A program made the position numbers and the translations under genes. Source: a virus. From it: a stretch of 61,374 bases of DNA. Below are positions 27,941 through 37,283 of this stretch, in pieces. Each line of letters starts with the position of its first letter. Within the stretch, counting starts at the first letter, position 1. The stretch is from IMG/VR virus record IMGVR_UViG_3300029996_000082; one strand, 5' to 3'. The notes beneath the pieces are model-generated. The model was not told where the DNA came from, ran no database searches, and saw nothing but the letters and a program-made list of their open reading frames with translations.

Positions 27941-28963
27941 ATGTCTTTGTCTGATATCATTAAGGAAATGAACAAGAGGGCGAAAGAAGATGTTGTGCAG
28001 ATAGGTATTACAGACTATAAGTATAAAAGAATACCATTCTCCAGCCCTCGTATGAATTACTGTACATTCGGTGGTTTGCCTGTAGGTAAGATTACTGAGT
28101 TTTATGGAGAGCCTCACGGGGGTAAAACAACAACTGCTTTTGATATTATAGCTAATTATCAAAAGTCAGAAGATGAACGCAAAGTCTTATTTATAGATTG
28201 TGAAAATGCCTTAGATGTAGAATGGGCGAATAAAATAGGTGTTGATACTGATGATATGGTAGTTTTTAAGCCTACTAATCAGTCGGCTGAATCTATCTTG
28301 CAGTTTATCCTGGATAGCATTGAAACAGGCGAGGTTGGCTTGTGGGTACTTGACAGCATAGGTGCTTTAGTGTCGGAGCAGGAGCTTGAAAAAACTGTAG
28401 AGGAAAAAACATATGCAGGAATTGCAAAATCTTTAACTGTTTTTGCCCGAAAAGCTGAAATGCTAATGCAGAAATATAATTGTACAGGCATAGGCATAAA
28501 TCAAGTAAGAGAAAATATCAACAGTCCTTATGGTGGTATTACAACTCCAGGAGGAAAAGCGTGGAAACATTTCTGTTGCTGTAGATTTGAGTTTAGACAG
28601 GGTAGTTATCTTGATGACAAAGGTAATGCTATTTCTCGTAGCTGTGAAAATCCGTCAGGTAACATAGTTATGATGTCTATGATTAAAAATAAATCTTGTC
28701 CCCCTACACGCAGAACAGGCTCTTATACCCTTAATTATTATTATGGTATTGACTGGCTTAAAGATTTAATTGATGTCTGCATTAAATATGATATTATTAA
28801 TAAGCGTGGAGCTTGGTTTGATATTATAGATACTGAAACAGGAGAAGTGTTAAAAGGTAATATCCACGGTCAAGCAGAGGTTGTACAGTTCTTAGGGGAA
28901 GAAGAAAATAAAGAAATACTCGAACGAATCAAGGAATTAGTGAGCAAAGCAATGTCAGAATAA
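27941..28963 (+). CDS. recA: RecA-family recombinase
   Basis: GEPHGGKTT Walker A; LWVLDSIGAL Walker B; 340 aa. Confidence 0.85.
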   Translation: MSLSDIIKEMNKRAKEDVVQIGITDYKYKRIPFSSPRMNYCTFGGLPVGKITEFYGEPHGGKTTTAFDIIANYQKSEDERKVLFIDCENALDVEWANKIGVDTDDMVVFKPTNQSAESILQFILDSIETGEVGLWVLDSIGALVSEQELEKTVEEKTYAGIAKSLTVFARKAEMLMQKYNCTGIGINQVRENINSPYGGITTPGGKAWKHFCCCRFEFRQGSYLDDKGNAISRSCENPSGNIVMMSMIKNKSCPPTRRTGSYTLNYYYGIDWLKDLIDVCIKYDIINKRGAWFDIIDTETGEVLKGNIHGQAEVVQFLGEEENKEILERIKELVSKAMSE

Positions 28964-28967
28964 ATAG

Positions 28968-29007
28968 TTTGAGGTGCAGAAGATTTTTTGTGCCTCAAAT
29001 TTTTTTA
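28968..29007 (+). terminator. intrinsic terminator
   Basis: TTTGAGGTGCA/TGTGCCTCAAA stem (two G-U pairs) followed by a T-tract, after recA. Confidence 0.8.
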
Positions 29008-29027
29008 TTTTAATTTTTAAAAAAGTG

Positions 29028-29055
29028 TTGACAATTTAAAATAATGTGTTATAAT
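29028..29055 (+). promoter_or_regulatory. sigma-A promoter
   Basis: AAAAAGTGTTGACA-16-TATAAT. Confidence 0.75.
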
Positions 29056-29091
29056 ATATTTACAATAAGATTTGAGGAGGTAAGTATTTAA

Positions 29092-29379
29092 GTGCTTTGT
29101 AAGTTTATGGAAAATTTTAATGTTAAGATTACTTTGGATAGCGGTGAAAATAAAGAATTGTTTTATCAGTTTATACCTATATCACATAGTATTTTAGGTG
29201 AGGATAGTTACGAGGTTAATATATATGATTTTAAGGTTTTTATGCCTGAATTGATTGATAGGTATGATGTAACAATTAAGGGTTCACTTGAACGCTATGT
29301 TAAGAATGATATTAAATTCAAGTATAATTTAAAAAGAGGTAAAAGAATACGCATAGATAGGTGGAGTTTGAGTTGTTAA
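29092..29379 (+). CDS. hypothetical protein
   Basis: GAGGAGG SD then GTG 29092 (alternative start ATG 29107); first gene behind a consensus promoter. Confidence 0.5.
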   Translation: MLCKFMENFNVKITLDSGENKELFYQFIPISHSILGEDSYEVNIYDFKVFMPELIDRYDVTIKGSLERYVKNDIKFKYNLKRGKRIRIDRWSLSC

Positions 29380-29786
29380 GTCTTTTAAAATCTTGGCAAG
29401 GAACATTTGTTATAGATAATAACTCATATGATAGTCTAAATAAGCTAAATTTAGCTGATATAGTACGGAATGGCGAAATTAATATAAAGTTATTACCTAA
29501 AGAAAAAGTCGCTGATAACGCAAATGCGGTTAAATTAGAGCCTACTTCTAATTTTGCAATAGTAACAGTTAAAAAATATATGACGAAGAAATCAACTCCG
29601 TCATTTGAGTTTATGAAGAAGTGGAATAATGATATTCCAATGCCTTCAATAAGAATGAGAGGTGAAAAGTTACAAGAAACAAGAGGAATGATTAAAATGA
29701 AATTAGAAGATGAGGAGGGTAATAAATGGACTGGTTGGATAATTAAATCAGCTATTATAGAATACGAAGAATGGAAATTAATTTAA
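29361..29786 (+). CDS. hypothetical protein
   Basis: AGGTGGAG SD; the true start may be TTG 29373. Confidence 0.5.
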   Translation: MEFELLSLLKSWQGTFVIDNNSYDSLNKLNLADIVRNGEINIKLLPKEKVADNANAVKLEPTSNFAIVTVKKYMTKKSTPSFEFMKKWNNDIPMPSIRMRGEKLQETRGMIKMKLEDEEGNKWTGWIIKSAIIEYEEWKLI

Positions 29787-29799
29787 AAGGAGATTTATA

Positions 29800-30045
29800 A
29801 TGAGTAATTTTAAAGTTACTGATAAGTATGTTGAAAATATGTTGGAAAAATCTACACTTAAATTTTGTAATATGTCAGGGTTGTTAAATGTAGATTGTAC
29901 TTTGCCTAACGGCTATGTGATTTCTGTAGTTTCTAAAGAAAGAACACAAGAAAAGCGAGAAGAGGGCTGTATGAAATTGATTAGAAAACTTATAAAAGAA
30001 TTAGAATCTTATGTTTGGTATTGTGAGATAAAGAAGCAAGAATGA
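29800..30045 (+). CDS. hypothetical protein
   Basis: AAGGAG SD. Confidence 0.55.
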   Translation: MSNFKVTDKYVENMLEKSTLKFCNMSGLLNVDCTLPNGYVISVVSKERTQEKREEGCMKLIRKLIKELESYVWYCEIKKQE

Positions 30046-30086
30046 ACTCAACGGAAAAGTTGTTAATTTAAAAGGAGACGAAGAAA

Positions 30087-30467
30087 ATGTCAAATAAAAA
30101 TTCTTTAGGTTGCTTAACAGCAATCGTAACAGCAATCTTATTAGTTGTTATCGCAGTTATCGCTGTTCCTGTGATGAATTTCACCAATGACCACAAATAC
30201 ACAGTAACAATCACTGATAAAGAGCGTGTGACAACACAGTTTGCCAAAGATAACATCGACAGCAAATATCTTATTTACGGTGAAGATGAAAACGGCAAGA
30301 CTTATGTTTTCGAGGATACAGATACATTATTCAGAGGGAAATTCAATTCGTCTGATGTTTACGGTGCTTTAAAGGAAGGTGAAACCTACGAATTAACGGT
30401 TATCGGCTTTCGTATCCATATCTTAAATTGGTATGAGAATATTATTGATTTTAAGGCGGTGAAATAA
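30087..30467 (+). CDS. membrane-anchored protein (DUF1523-like; tentative)
   Basis: AAGGAGA SD; N-terminal TM helix; first gene of the higher-GC island. Confidence 0.5.
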   Translation: MSNKNSLGCLTAIVTAILLVVIAVIAVPVMNFTNDHKYTVTITDKERVTTQFAKDNIDSKYLIYGEDENGKTYVFEDTDTLFRGKFNSSDVYGALKEGETYELTVIGFRIHILNWYENIIDFKAVK

Positions 30468-30611
30468 ATGTATCACGGAATCAAATACAAGGGCTTACGC
30501 TATAAGTTCTTTACCATCCGTTGGAAACGAAAAAATCGCAATTGGAAAGATTGTGCGAAAAAACGCAAGGCAATGAAAAAGGATTGGGAAAGGAAGATTA
30601 ATAATGATTGA
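30468..30611 (+). CDS. 47-aa highly basic protein (below the ORF-track cutoff)
   Basis: TAAATG junction; AAGGCGGTG SD 7 nt upstream; overlaps the next gene start. Confidence 0.4.
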   Translation: MYHGIKYKGLRYKFFTIRWKRKNRNWKDCAKKRKAMKKDWERKINND

Positions 30612-30984
30612 TTGTAATATCACTAAGAACTATTTTAGTGAAAAAGCGAGAATGTCGAAAACAACGAAATCAGGAACATGCAAAGTGGTATGTGAAAAAT
30701 GCCCTTTAAGTAGCGATAATAACGGTGTAGGAGAATGTTGCACAGATTTTGAAATGCTTTATCCCGAAAAAGCCATTGCAATCGTGCAAAAATGGAGTGA
30801 TGAACATCCGCAAAAGACATTTGTTACGGAGTTCTTGAAGAATTATCCCTGTGCAGTAGTCAATGGTGATGGAATCCCTAATTCAGTTTGTCCGTATGAC
30901 TTAGGGCTGATGGATAAGCATGATTGTAGAAAAACCTGCATTGAATGTTGGAATCAGCCTGTTGAGGACGGTGAAGAGCGATGA
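30604..30984 (+). CDS. Cys-rich protein
   Basis: multiple CxxC-like pairs (CKVVCEKCP, CRKTCIECW). Confidence 0.55.
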   Translation: MIDCNITKNYFSEKARMSKTTKSGTCKVVCEKCPLSSDNNGVGECCTDFEMLYPEKAIAIVQKWSDEHPQKTFVTEFLKNYPCAVVNGDGIPNSVCPYDLGLMDKHDCRKTCIECWNQPVEDGEER

Positions 30985-31193
30985 GAGTCTATCAGTGTGA
31001 TTGTTGTAACAAAGTTATCTCAAATCCGTACGCAGTTAAAATGAAGGAATTTTATGTAGGGATGATGGATACTGATTGCAGTAGTGGCATTGTGATTCCT
31101 GTTGAAAGCAAGAGAAGAATTAAAATACATCTATGTGATGAATGCTACAAAGGCTTGCATGTTATCGCTGAAAAAAAGGAGCGTGAAAAGTAA
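30981..31193 (+). CDS. zinc-ribbon protein
   Basis: CDCC...CDEC; ATGA overlap with the upstream gene. Confidence 0.55.
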   Translation: MRVYQCDCCNKVISNPYAVKMKEFYVGMMDTDCSSGIVIPVESKRRIKIHLCDECYKGLHVIAEKKEREK

Positions 31194-31483
31194 TGGAAAT
31201 TATGCACAACGAAAAAACAGGAAAATTTGAACTTGCTAAAAAGCCGTATAAGACCGTTGAAATCAGATACGAAACCGAAGAAGATTACAACAATTTTGAA
31301 AAAATACTTGAGTTAAGTAAGTCGAGAAAGCCTATTAAATCTGATAGACAGGTTATCCGTTATGTGACTACATACAAATGTCCTAACTGCGGAGGGCAAT
31401 TCACAGGCAAAGGCTTATTGAATTACTGCTATCATTGTGGGCAGAGGTTTGACTGGTCAGATGAAATGGAGTGTGAAAAATAA
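31193..31483 (+). CDS. zinc-ribbon protein
   Basis: CPNCGG...CYHCG; TAATG junction. Confidence 0.55.
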   Translation: MEIMHNEKTGKFELAKKPYKTVEIRYETEEDYNNFEKILELSKSRKPIKSDRQVIRYVTTYKCPNCGGQFTGKGLLNYCYHCGQRFDWSDEMECEK

Positions 31484-31674
31484 TGGCATTCCCTGAAAAG
31501 CTAAAAGCGTTAAGACTTGAAAATGGCTTAACGCAAGATGAATTGGGCGAAAAGCTCTATTTGAGCAGGTCAAGCATCTCAAATTATGAAATTGGAAAAA
31601 ACGAGCCTACTATCGAAACCATAATAGCTGTGTCAGATTTATTCAATGTCACAGCAGACGAACTGTTGAAATGA
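31483..31674 (+). CDS. XRE-family HTH transcriptional regulator (63 aa)
   Basis: LKALRLENGLTQDELGEKLYLSRSSISNYEIGKNEP is a canonical Cro/C1-type HTH. Confidence 0.85.
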   Translation: MAFPEKLKALRLENGLTQDELGEKLYLSRSSISNYEIGKNEPTIETIIAVSDLFNVTADELLK

Positions 31675-31708
31675 TGTGAAAAGAAAATGGATAATAAATT
31701 AAAAATTC

Positions 31709-31966
31709 GTGAAGTGTGGCGAATATGCGTTAGATATACTATTCGAGGATATGAGCTTTAATACGATATATTTTAACTCCCGAAAAAATGCCGAAGCAGT
31801 CAAACGCATTATCTCAGATGATGCTAATCATACGATGTGTGTAACAAGAGATGCCAACAGTACAAAGGTGATTTGCCTTGACAGCCTGTGTCCGCATTGT
31901 AAAGAAGCTGTATTATCAATATACAATTACTGCCCTTATTGCGGTGCAAAAATGGATAAGGAGTGA
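31709..31966 (+). CDS. zinc-ribbon protein
   Basis: GTG start; CPHC...CPYCG. Confidence 0.45.
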   Translation: MKCGEYALDILFEDMSFNTIYFNSRKNAEAVKRIISDDANHTMCVTRDANSTKVICLDSLCPHCKEAVLSIYNYCPYCGAKMDKE

Positions 31967-31972
31967 TATTTA

Positions 31973-32155
31973 ATGAAATATTATTATAAACTAATTAACA
32001 ATGAAACAAATGAAATAGAGTGTTATATAGCAAGTCCTGTGTATATAATTCCTGAAAACCTTTGTGATGTACTTGGATTTAGCACATATCACGCTGTAAA
32101 CTGTACAAAACAAGAATATGATGAAGAGGAGTATGATGAAAATGATATTAAATGA
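31973..32155 (+). CDS. hypothetical acidic protein
   Basis: 60-aa ORF after AAGGAG. Confidence 0.5.
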   Translation: MKYYYKLINNETNEIECYIASPVYIIPENLCDVLGFSTYHAVNCTKQEYDEEEYDENDIK

Positions 32156-32411
32156 TTTTTGTAAAAAACTTGCAACAGGTGGTGCAAGAGTTAGAAGTGC
32201 TTATAACGGCAAAATATTAGCTTTTAATTTTAACCCAACTAAACACTCGGAAACATTAGGTAAACGAGAAGTAGTTGACATTACAGCTGAAATGATACTT
32301 GATAAAAAAGGTGGGCAAGAAATTGTTTATCCTGTAGTATGTTGTTGGGTTAATGGTAGAAAAGAGTATTTAAAGGAATATTTAAAGAAACACGGAGATA
32401 TGAAAAAATAA
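32136..32411 (+). CDS. hypothetical protein
   Basis: GAGGAG SD favours ATG 32136 or 32142 over the track start 32118. Confidence 0.5.
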   Translation: MKMILNDFCKKLATGGARVRSAYNGKILAFNFNPTKHSETLGKREVVDITAEMILDKKGGQEIVYPVVCCWVNGRKEYLKEYLKKHGDMKK

Positions 32412-32596
32412 TGAGTAAATCAGAAAAGCCGAATGAATACAGAAAAAAGCATCCTCGTTGTGCTACTTGTAAATATTTTGTTCCTGCATGGACAAATGCT
32501 TATAGAGGTATTTGTGATGTTAAAGAGCAATTAACGAAAAGAACTAAAGGCAGATTTTGTAAAATATATGAGTTTATCAGTTTTAAGGAGGATTAA
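32411..32596 (+). CDS. small Cys-containing protein
   Basis: TAATG junction; CATCKYF...C pattern. Confidence 0.5.
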   Translation: MSKSEKPNEYRKKHPRCATCKYFVPAWTNAYRGICDVKEQLTKRTKGRFCKIYEFISFKED

Positions 32597-32599
32597 ATA

Positions 32600-32872
32600 A
32601 TGGTTTTATATAATACACAACTTGATAATACAAATAAAAAATATAAGATACAGTTTGAAACAGATGATTATGATGCTTTTAAGTGGGTAGAAAAAATCTG
32701 TAGAGATGCTGTAGATAAAAGTATTGTTATTTCGTTAAAGGCTTTTCCTACAGATAAACTTGTACAGGAGTTGGCAAGTAGAGAAGGTGTTGAAACAAAC
32801 ATTATTGAACCTTACGAAGAATCAGTGTTTAAATATGAGGGTCCTGCGGTTTTATTGTGCGTTACAGATTGA
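32600..32872 (+). CDS. hypothetical protein
   Basis: AAGGAGGA SD. Confidence 0.55.
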   Translation: MVLYNTQLDNTNKKYKIQFETDDYDAFKWVEKICRDAVDKSIVISLKAFPTDKLVQELASREGVETNIIEPYEESVFKYEGPAVLLCVTD

Positions 32873-32881
32873 GGTAATATA

Positions 32882-33238
32882 ATGAGTAAAAGAAAATCTA
32901 TATCAAAATATACAAGGCTTAAAGTATATCAAAAATATAATGGTCATTGTGCTTATTGTGGTTGTCAACTTGCATTAAAGGATATGCAGGTTGACCATAT
33001 ACAGAGCGTGTATTGGTACAACGGTGCGAATGACATTGAAAATTATAATCCTGCTTGTCGAATGTGCAATTTCTACAAATCAACAAAGCCTATTGAAGAT
33101 TTTAGAGAGCAGTTAGGAAAATTAACATCAAGACTTGAAAAGACTTTTATCTATCGTTTGGCTAAGAAATATGGTTTAATTCAGGAAGTTGAAAAGCCTA
33201 TAAAATTTTATTTTGAAAAGGAGAATGAAATTAAATGA
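32882..33238 (+). CDS. HNH endonuclease
   Basis: CAYCGC...VDHIQSV...N...CRMCN (HNH with two CxxC pairs). Confidence 0.85.
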   Translation: MSKRKSISKYTRLKVYQKYNGHCAYCGCQLALKDMQVDHIQSVYWYNGANDIENYNPACRMCNFYKSTKPIEDFREQLGKLTSRLEKTFIYRLAKKYGLIQEVEKPIKFYFEKENEIK

Positions 33239-33657
33239 AATCAGTAATGAAAATTATGCTTGATGAAGGTGCAAAAATGCCTAAAAAGGCACACGCAACA
33301 GATGTTGGATATGATATCTTTTCGCCGATTGATGTAGTTGTACCTGCTCACAGAAGTGTATTTATTGACAGCGGAGTACATATTCAGATTCCGCTTGATA
33401 TTGCAGGGATACTGATATCAAAGAGCGGATTAAATGTTAAACACGGTATTACCTCAACAGGATTGATTGACCCTGATTATACAGGCTCTATAGGTGTTAA
33501 GCTGTATAATAATAGTGGTACAGATTATAAGATTGCAAAAGGAGATAAAATTAGTCAGATAATGTTCATTCCGTATGTAACAGCTTATTTCAAATTAGAA
33601 GATAGTCTGAATGAAACAGAGAGAGGCAACGGTGGCTTTGGCTCAACAGGAAAGTAG
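33235..33657 (+). CDS. dut: dUTP pyrophosphatase
   Basis: GYDIFS, GLIDPDYTG, RGNGGFGSTG dUTPase motifs. Confidence 0.9.
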   Translation: MKSVMKIMLDEGAKMPKKAHATDVGYDIFSPIDVVVPAHRSVFIDSGVHIQIPLDIAGILISKSGLNVKHGITSTGLIDPDYTGSIGVKLYNNSGTDYKIAKGDKISQIMFIPYVTAYFKLEDSLNETERGNGGFGSTGK

Positions 33658-33667
33658 GTAGATAATA

Positions 33668-34156
33668 ATGTATAAATGCAGTAAATGTAAAAAAGTTTTT
33701 GATTATTTTGAAATTGAAAATGGAGTATGTCCTCATTGTGGCGAAACTGATATTTATGAAATCGGTACTTGTGATGACTGCGGAAAAACAGAAGCACTTG
33801 AAGATTTTGATTATGGTAGACTTTTTAATGGTATGTGTGTTGATTGTTTTAAGAAAAGTATCACTAACAGTGAAATCGGTGATTTTATAAAGTGGTATTA
33901 TAAAACAAGTTCATTTATTATACGTGGCGAAGTTGTAGCTAATGCTTTTGATTTAGATGATTTGGAAATGACTAAACCTGAGCATAGATTATTGGTTAAA
34001 ATTCTATTTGATTATTTAGTAGATACGATATTATCATCTGAACATATTCCACTCATAGACGATTTACGAGTAATTAAAAATATTCGTATGTGGGCTTTTG
34101 ATGATATGGATTTCTTTTACGATGAATGGTATGTCAAGAGAGAGAGAAAACAATGA
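33668..34156 (+). CDS. protein with N-terminal double zinc ribbon
   Basis: CSKC...CPHCG...CDDCG...CVDC. Confidence 0.55.
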   Translation: MYKCSKCKKVFDYFEIENGVCPHCGETDIYEIGTCDDCGKTEALEDFDYGRLFNGMCVDCFKKSITNSEIGDFIKWYYKTSSFIIRGEVVANAFDLDDLEMTKPEHRLLVKILFDYLVDTILSSEHIPLIDDLRVIKNIRMWAFDDMDFFYDEWYVKRERKQ

Positions 34157-34530
34157 AATTGTATGAAATATATCAAGGTGAAAAATTAAAAATAGCTGAA
34201 TTGATTTTGCAAAGGCGATTACAAATGTTAGTGCATTCTTATATTTATTATGAATTAAATGATAATATAATATCAGATAGTACATGGAGTAAATGGGCAG
34301 TAGAATTAGCTGATTTACAGAATAAATATCCTGAGATAGCTAAAACAGTTGAATGGTCAGAAGCATTTAAAAACTGGGACGGCAGTACAGGAGCATTTCT
34401 GCCTTTGCAGAATGAATGGGTAATAACTAAAGCATATCAATTAACAGGTAGAGTGTTGCCCGATGTTTTAAAATCTGAAACCCCTAAAGTCAATAAGAAA
34501 TCAAAAAATAAATCTAAGAAATTGTTTTAG
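34153..34530 (+). CDS. helical protein resembling NAD-ligase domain Ia (tentative)
   Basis: ATGA overlap fixes the start at 34153; HSYIYYELNDNIISDSTWSKWAVELADLQNKYPE resembles the LigA N-terminus. Confidence 0.4.
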   Translation: MKLYEIYQGEKLKIAELILQRRLQMLVHSYIYYELNDNIISDSTWSKWAVELADLQNKYPEIAKTVEWSEAFKNWDGSTGAFLPLQNEWVITKAYQLTGRVLPDVLKSETPKVNKKSKNKSKKLF

Positions 34531-34535
34531 AGTTA

Positions 34536-34564
34536 TTGACTTTTTAATAAATGTGTTGTATTAT
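34536..34564 (+). promoter_or_regulatory. sigma-A promoter
   Basis: TTGACT-17-TATTAT. Confidence 0.6.
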
Positions 34565-34693
34565 ATTATTAAAGAAAAGATGTTCCTGGCTGACAAAAAG
34601 AATAAAGCACCGTATATTGAAAAATGGGGTGATTGGGAACATATAGTCCAAAATAAAGCAGGGAATATGGATTTTATTTAAGGAGGATTAATA

Positions 34694-34960
34694 ATGGCAA
34701 AATTTGCGATAATTTATGAAAACGAAACAATCAAATATGAGCTTACTTTTAAAGACAAAGTGTATGACTTTACAATGTATAAGTATGAAGATGATTGTGG
34801 TATACACGGTATGCACTCTGATAAACAATTATTTAGTTATCAGTTGGAAAACGACGGTGTTGACACTTCTATGTTAGATTGGGATATAGATAATGTAGTT
34901 TTTACAAACGATGAAGTAGAAATCCTTGATACACTTAAAATGTTAGAAACAATTGAGTAG
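34694..34960 (+). CDS. hypothetical protein
   Basis: AAGGAGGA SD. Confidence 0.55.
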   Translation: MAKFAIIYENETIKYELTFKDKVYDFTMYKYEDDCGIHGMHSDKQLFSYQLENDGVDTSMLDWDIDNVVFTNDEVEILDTLKMLETIE

Positions 34961-34969
34961 GAGGTAAAA

Positions 34970-35296
34970 ATGAAACCCACAAGGTACTATAGTAATAAAC
35001 AAGAGAAAAAGGTAGCTAAAACATTAAAAGGTAAACAGACTTCTAACAGCGGTGCTACTAAGTTCAGCAAGGGGGATGTAGTTTTACAGGATTGGTTGCT
35101 TGAATGTAAAACTAAAACTAATCTCAGTAATTCTTTTACAATTAAAAGGGATTGGTTCGATAAAAATAAAGAAGAAGCATTTGCAATGCACAAAGAACAT
35201 AATGCTCTTGTTATTGATTTTGGTGACGGAGAACAGCATTACATTATTGATGAACCCCTTTTCAAAGTGTTAGTAAAAGCGTTAAATGAGGTATAA
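34970..35296 (+). CDS. PD-(D/E)XK nuclease-fold protein (resolvase-like)
   Basis: GDVV...LLECKTK catalytic-core-like pattern. Confidence 0.5.
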   Translation: MKPTRYYSNKQEKKVAKTLKGKQTSNSGATKFSKGDVVLQDWLLECKTKTNLSNSFTIKRDWFDKNKEEAFAMHKEHNALVIDFGDGEQHYIIDEPLFKVLVKALNEV

Positions 35297-35300
35297 ATAT

Positions 35301-35474
35301 ATGAAAAGTGGTATGTGTCCGTATTGTGCAAATAGTAAATATCAATATGAATGTATAAATTGTCATAAAGGTAATAAATTTATAGCTTCCCCTACTAAAA
35401 TTGTACGATTACAAGGCTCTATAGAGAATCTTGTAAATGAAAACGCTGAGAACAGAAAGGATAAATCTAAATGA
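35301..35474 (+). CDS. small zinc-ribbon protein
   Basis: TGAGGT SD favours ATG 35301; CPYC...CINC. Confidence 0.45.
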   Translation: MKSGMCPYCANSKYQYECINCHKGNKFIASPTKIVRLQGSIENLVNENAENRKDKSK

Positions 35475-36481
35475 AAGCATTAGCATTAACTTATAGACCT
35501 ATAACATTTGATGATGTTGTAGAACAGGGCTCTACAATTACAATACTTAAAAATCAGATTGAAACAAATACATTTAAACACGCTTATTTGTTTGCAGGCT
35601 CAGCAGGATGTGGTAAAACTACCTGTGCAAGAATTTTTGCAAATGAAATTAACAATCATCAGGGTAATCCAATTGAAATGGATGCCGCTTCAAACAATAG
35701 TGTTGAAGATGTCAGAAATATTATTCAGCAAGCAAAATCAAAAAGTCTTGATAGTGAATATAAGGTATTTATTGTTGATGAGTGCCATTCTATTTCTTCT
35801 ACAGGTTGGCAGGCAATGTTGAAACTTATTGAAGAACCGCCTGCAAAATCTATTTTTATTTTCTGCACAACAGACCCTCAGAAAATACCTAAAACAATTT
35901 TGAGCAGAGTACAGAGGTATGATTTTACAAAAATTTCATATGCAAGTATTGTAGATAGATTGGAATATATTTGTAAAAGTGAGAGCATTGACTATGAAAT
36001 TGAAGCACTTGAATATATTGCTAAATTAGCAGATGGCGGTATGCGTGATTCTATTACAATGCTGGATAAATGTGTATCATATGCTGAGTTTGTATCTGTT
36101 GATAATGTTGTTAAAGCTCTTGGTGTAGCTGATTATGAAACAATGTTTGCAGTATGTGATTCTTTTGTTTATGCTGATACAGAAAAACTTATTAATCGTA
36201 TTGAAAAAGTTTATAATTCAGGTGCAGACTTAAAGCAGTTTGTAAAACAGTTATTGTCTTTTTGTTTAGATATTTCTAAATATAAATTTACAAAAAGTTT
36301 TGAATTTATCAATCTTCCTGAAACAGAGGAAAATAAATCTATTCTATCTGAATTTACAGACTATGATTTTGAGGGGTACAGTAAAATGCTCAAAATCTTA
36401 GTTAAACTTAATGCAGATATTAAATGGGAAACAAATCCTAAAACACTTGTTGAAGCAGTTTTATTGTCAGAGGTAGAATAA
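35471..36481 (+). CDS. dnaX: clamp loader, DNA polymerase III gamma/tau-like subunit
   Basis: GSAGCGKTT Walker A, VDECH, SRVQRY (SRC-like) motifs. Confidence 0.85.
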   Translation: MKALALTYRPITFDDVVEQGSTITILKNQIETNTFKHAYLFAGSAGCGKTTCARIFANEINNHQGNPIEMDAASNNSVEDVRNIIQQAKSKSLDSEYKVFIVDECHSISSTGWQAMLKLIEEPPAKSIFIFCTTDPQKIPKTILSRVQRYDFTKISYASIVDRLEYICKSESIDYEIEALEYIAKLADGGMRDSITMLDKCVSYAEFVSVDNVVKALGVADYETMFAVCDSFVYADTEKLINRIEKVYNSGADLKQFVKQLLSFCLDISKYKFTKSFEFINLPETEENKSILSEFTDYDFEGYSKMLKILVKLNADIKWETNPKTLVEAVLLSEVE

Positions 36482-36482
36482 T

Positions 36483-37283
36483 ATGATTGGTCAGAAAAAT
36501 TTGATTGATATTATGTCAAAACAGATTGAAGCTAATACATTTCCACGCTTTTCTATTATTGTAGGAGAGCGTGGAAGTGGTAAAAATATACTTGCAAGGT
36601 TGATAGCTCATAAAATATCTAAAGCGGTTATTGAAACTGATATTAAAGTAGGTAGTATTAGAGATATTATTACTGAGGCTTATAAAATTTCTAATATTGT
36701 TGTATATATAATTCCTGATGCTGATAATATGTCGGTAAATGCTAAAAATGCATTGCTTAAAGTGACAGAAGAACCGCCTAATAACGCTTATTTTATTATG
36801 ACACTTAACGATGTTGTAAATACTTTACCTACAATTACAAGCAGAGGAACAGTATATAGATTACAGACTTATACATATGAAGAATTATCAGAATATGCAA
36901 ATCAGATAGATTCTACTATTTCTAATGTTGATAAGGATTTTATTTTGCGTACTTGTAATAATCCGTATGATATTAAACTTTTATTGAAATACGGTGTAGC
37001 GGATTTTAAGGACTATGTAAATACTGTAATTGATAATGTTGCAGAAGTGAGTTTAGCTAATGCCTTTAAGATTGCAGATAAAATTGATTTAAAAGAAAAT
37101 GATGAAACTAAATATAATCTAAATATATTTTGGAAAGCCTTTATGCAGATGTGTTTAGAGTTAAAGAAATATAAATGGGTTATGATTACAAATAAATATA
37201 TTTCATCATTGAGAATTTCAGGTATAAATAAATCTGCATTATTTGATATGTGGATAATAGATTTAACAGCGGAGGTAAACTAA
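36483..37283 (+). CDS. holB: clamp loader, delta-prime-like subunit
   Basis: GERGSGKN P-loop-like; IIPDADNM; LLKVTEEPP; TSRGTVY. Confidence 0.7.
   Translation: MIGQKNLIDIMSKQIEANTFPRFSIIVGERGSGKNILARLIAHKISKAVIETDIKVGSIRDIITEAYKISNIVVYIIPDADNMSVNAKNALLKVTEEPPNNAYFIMTLNDVVNTLPTITSRGTVYRLQTYTYEELSEYANQIDSTISNVDKDFILRTCNNPYDIKLLLKYGVADFKDYVNTVIDNVAEVSLANAFKIADKIDLKENDETKYNLNIFWKAFMQMCLELKKYKWVMITNKYISSLRISGINKSALFDMWIIDLTAEVN

Noticed and set aside
31483-31674. Calling the phage temperate on the basis of the XRE-family HTH gene
   Set aside because: No integrase, recombinase, excisionase-integrase pair, ParAB system or divergent cI/cro-type switch was recognised. Lifestyle cannot be decided from this one gene.
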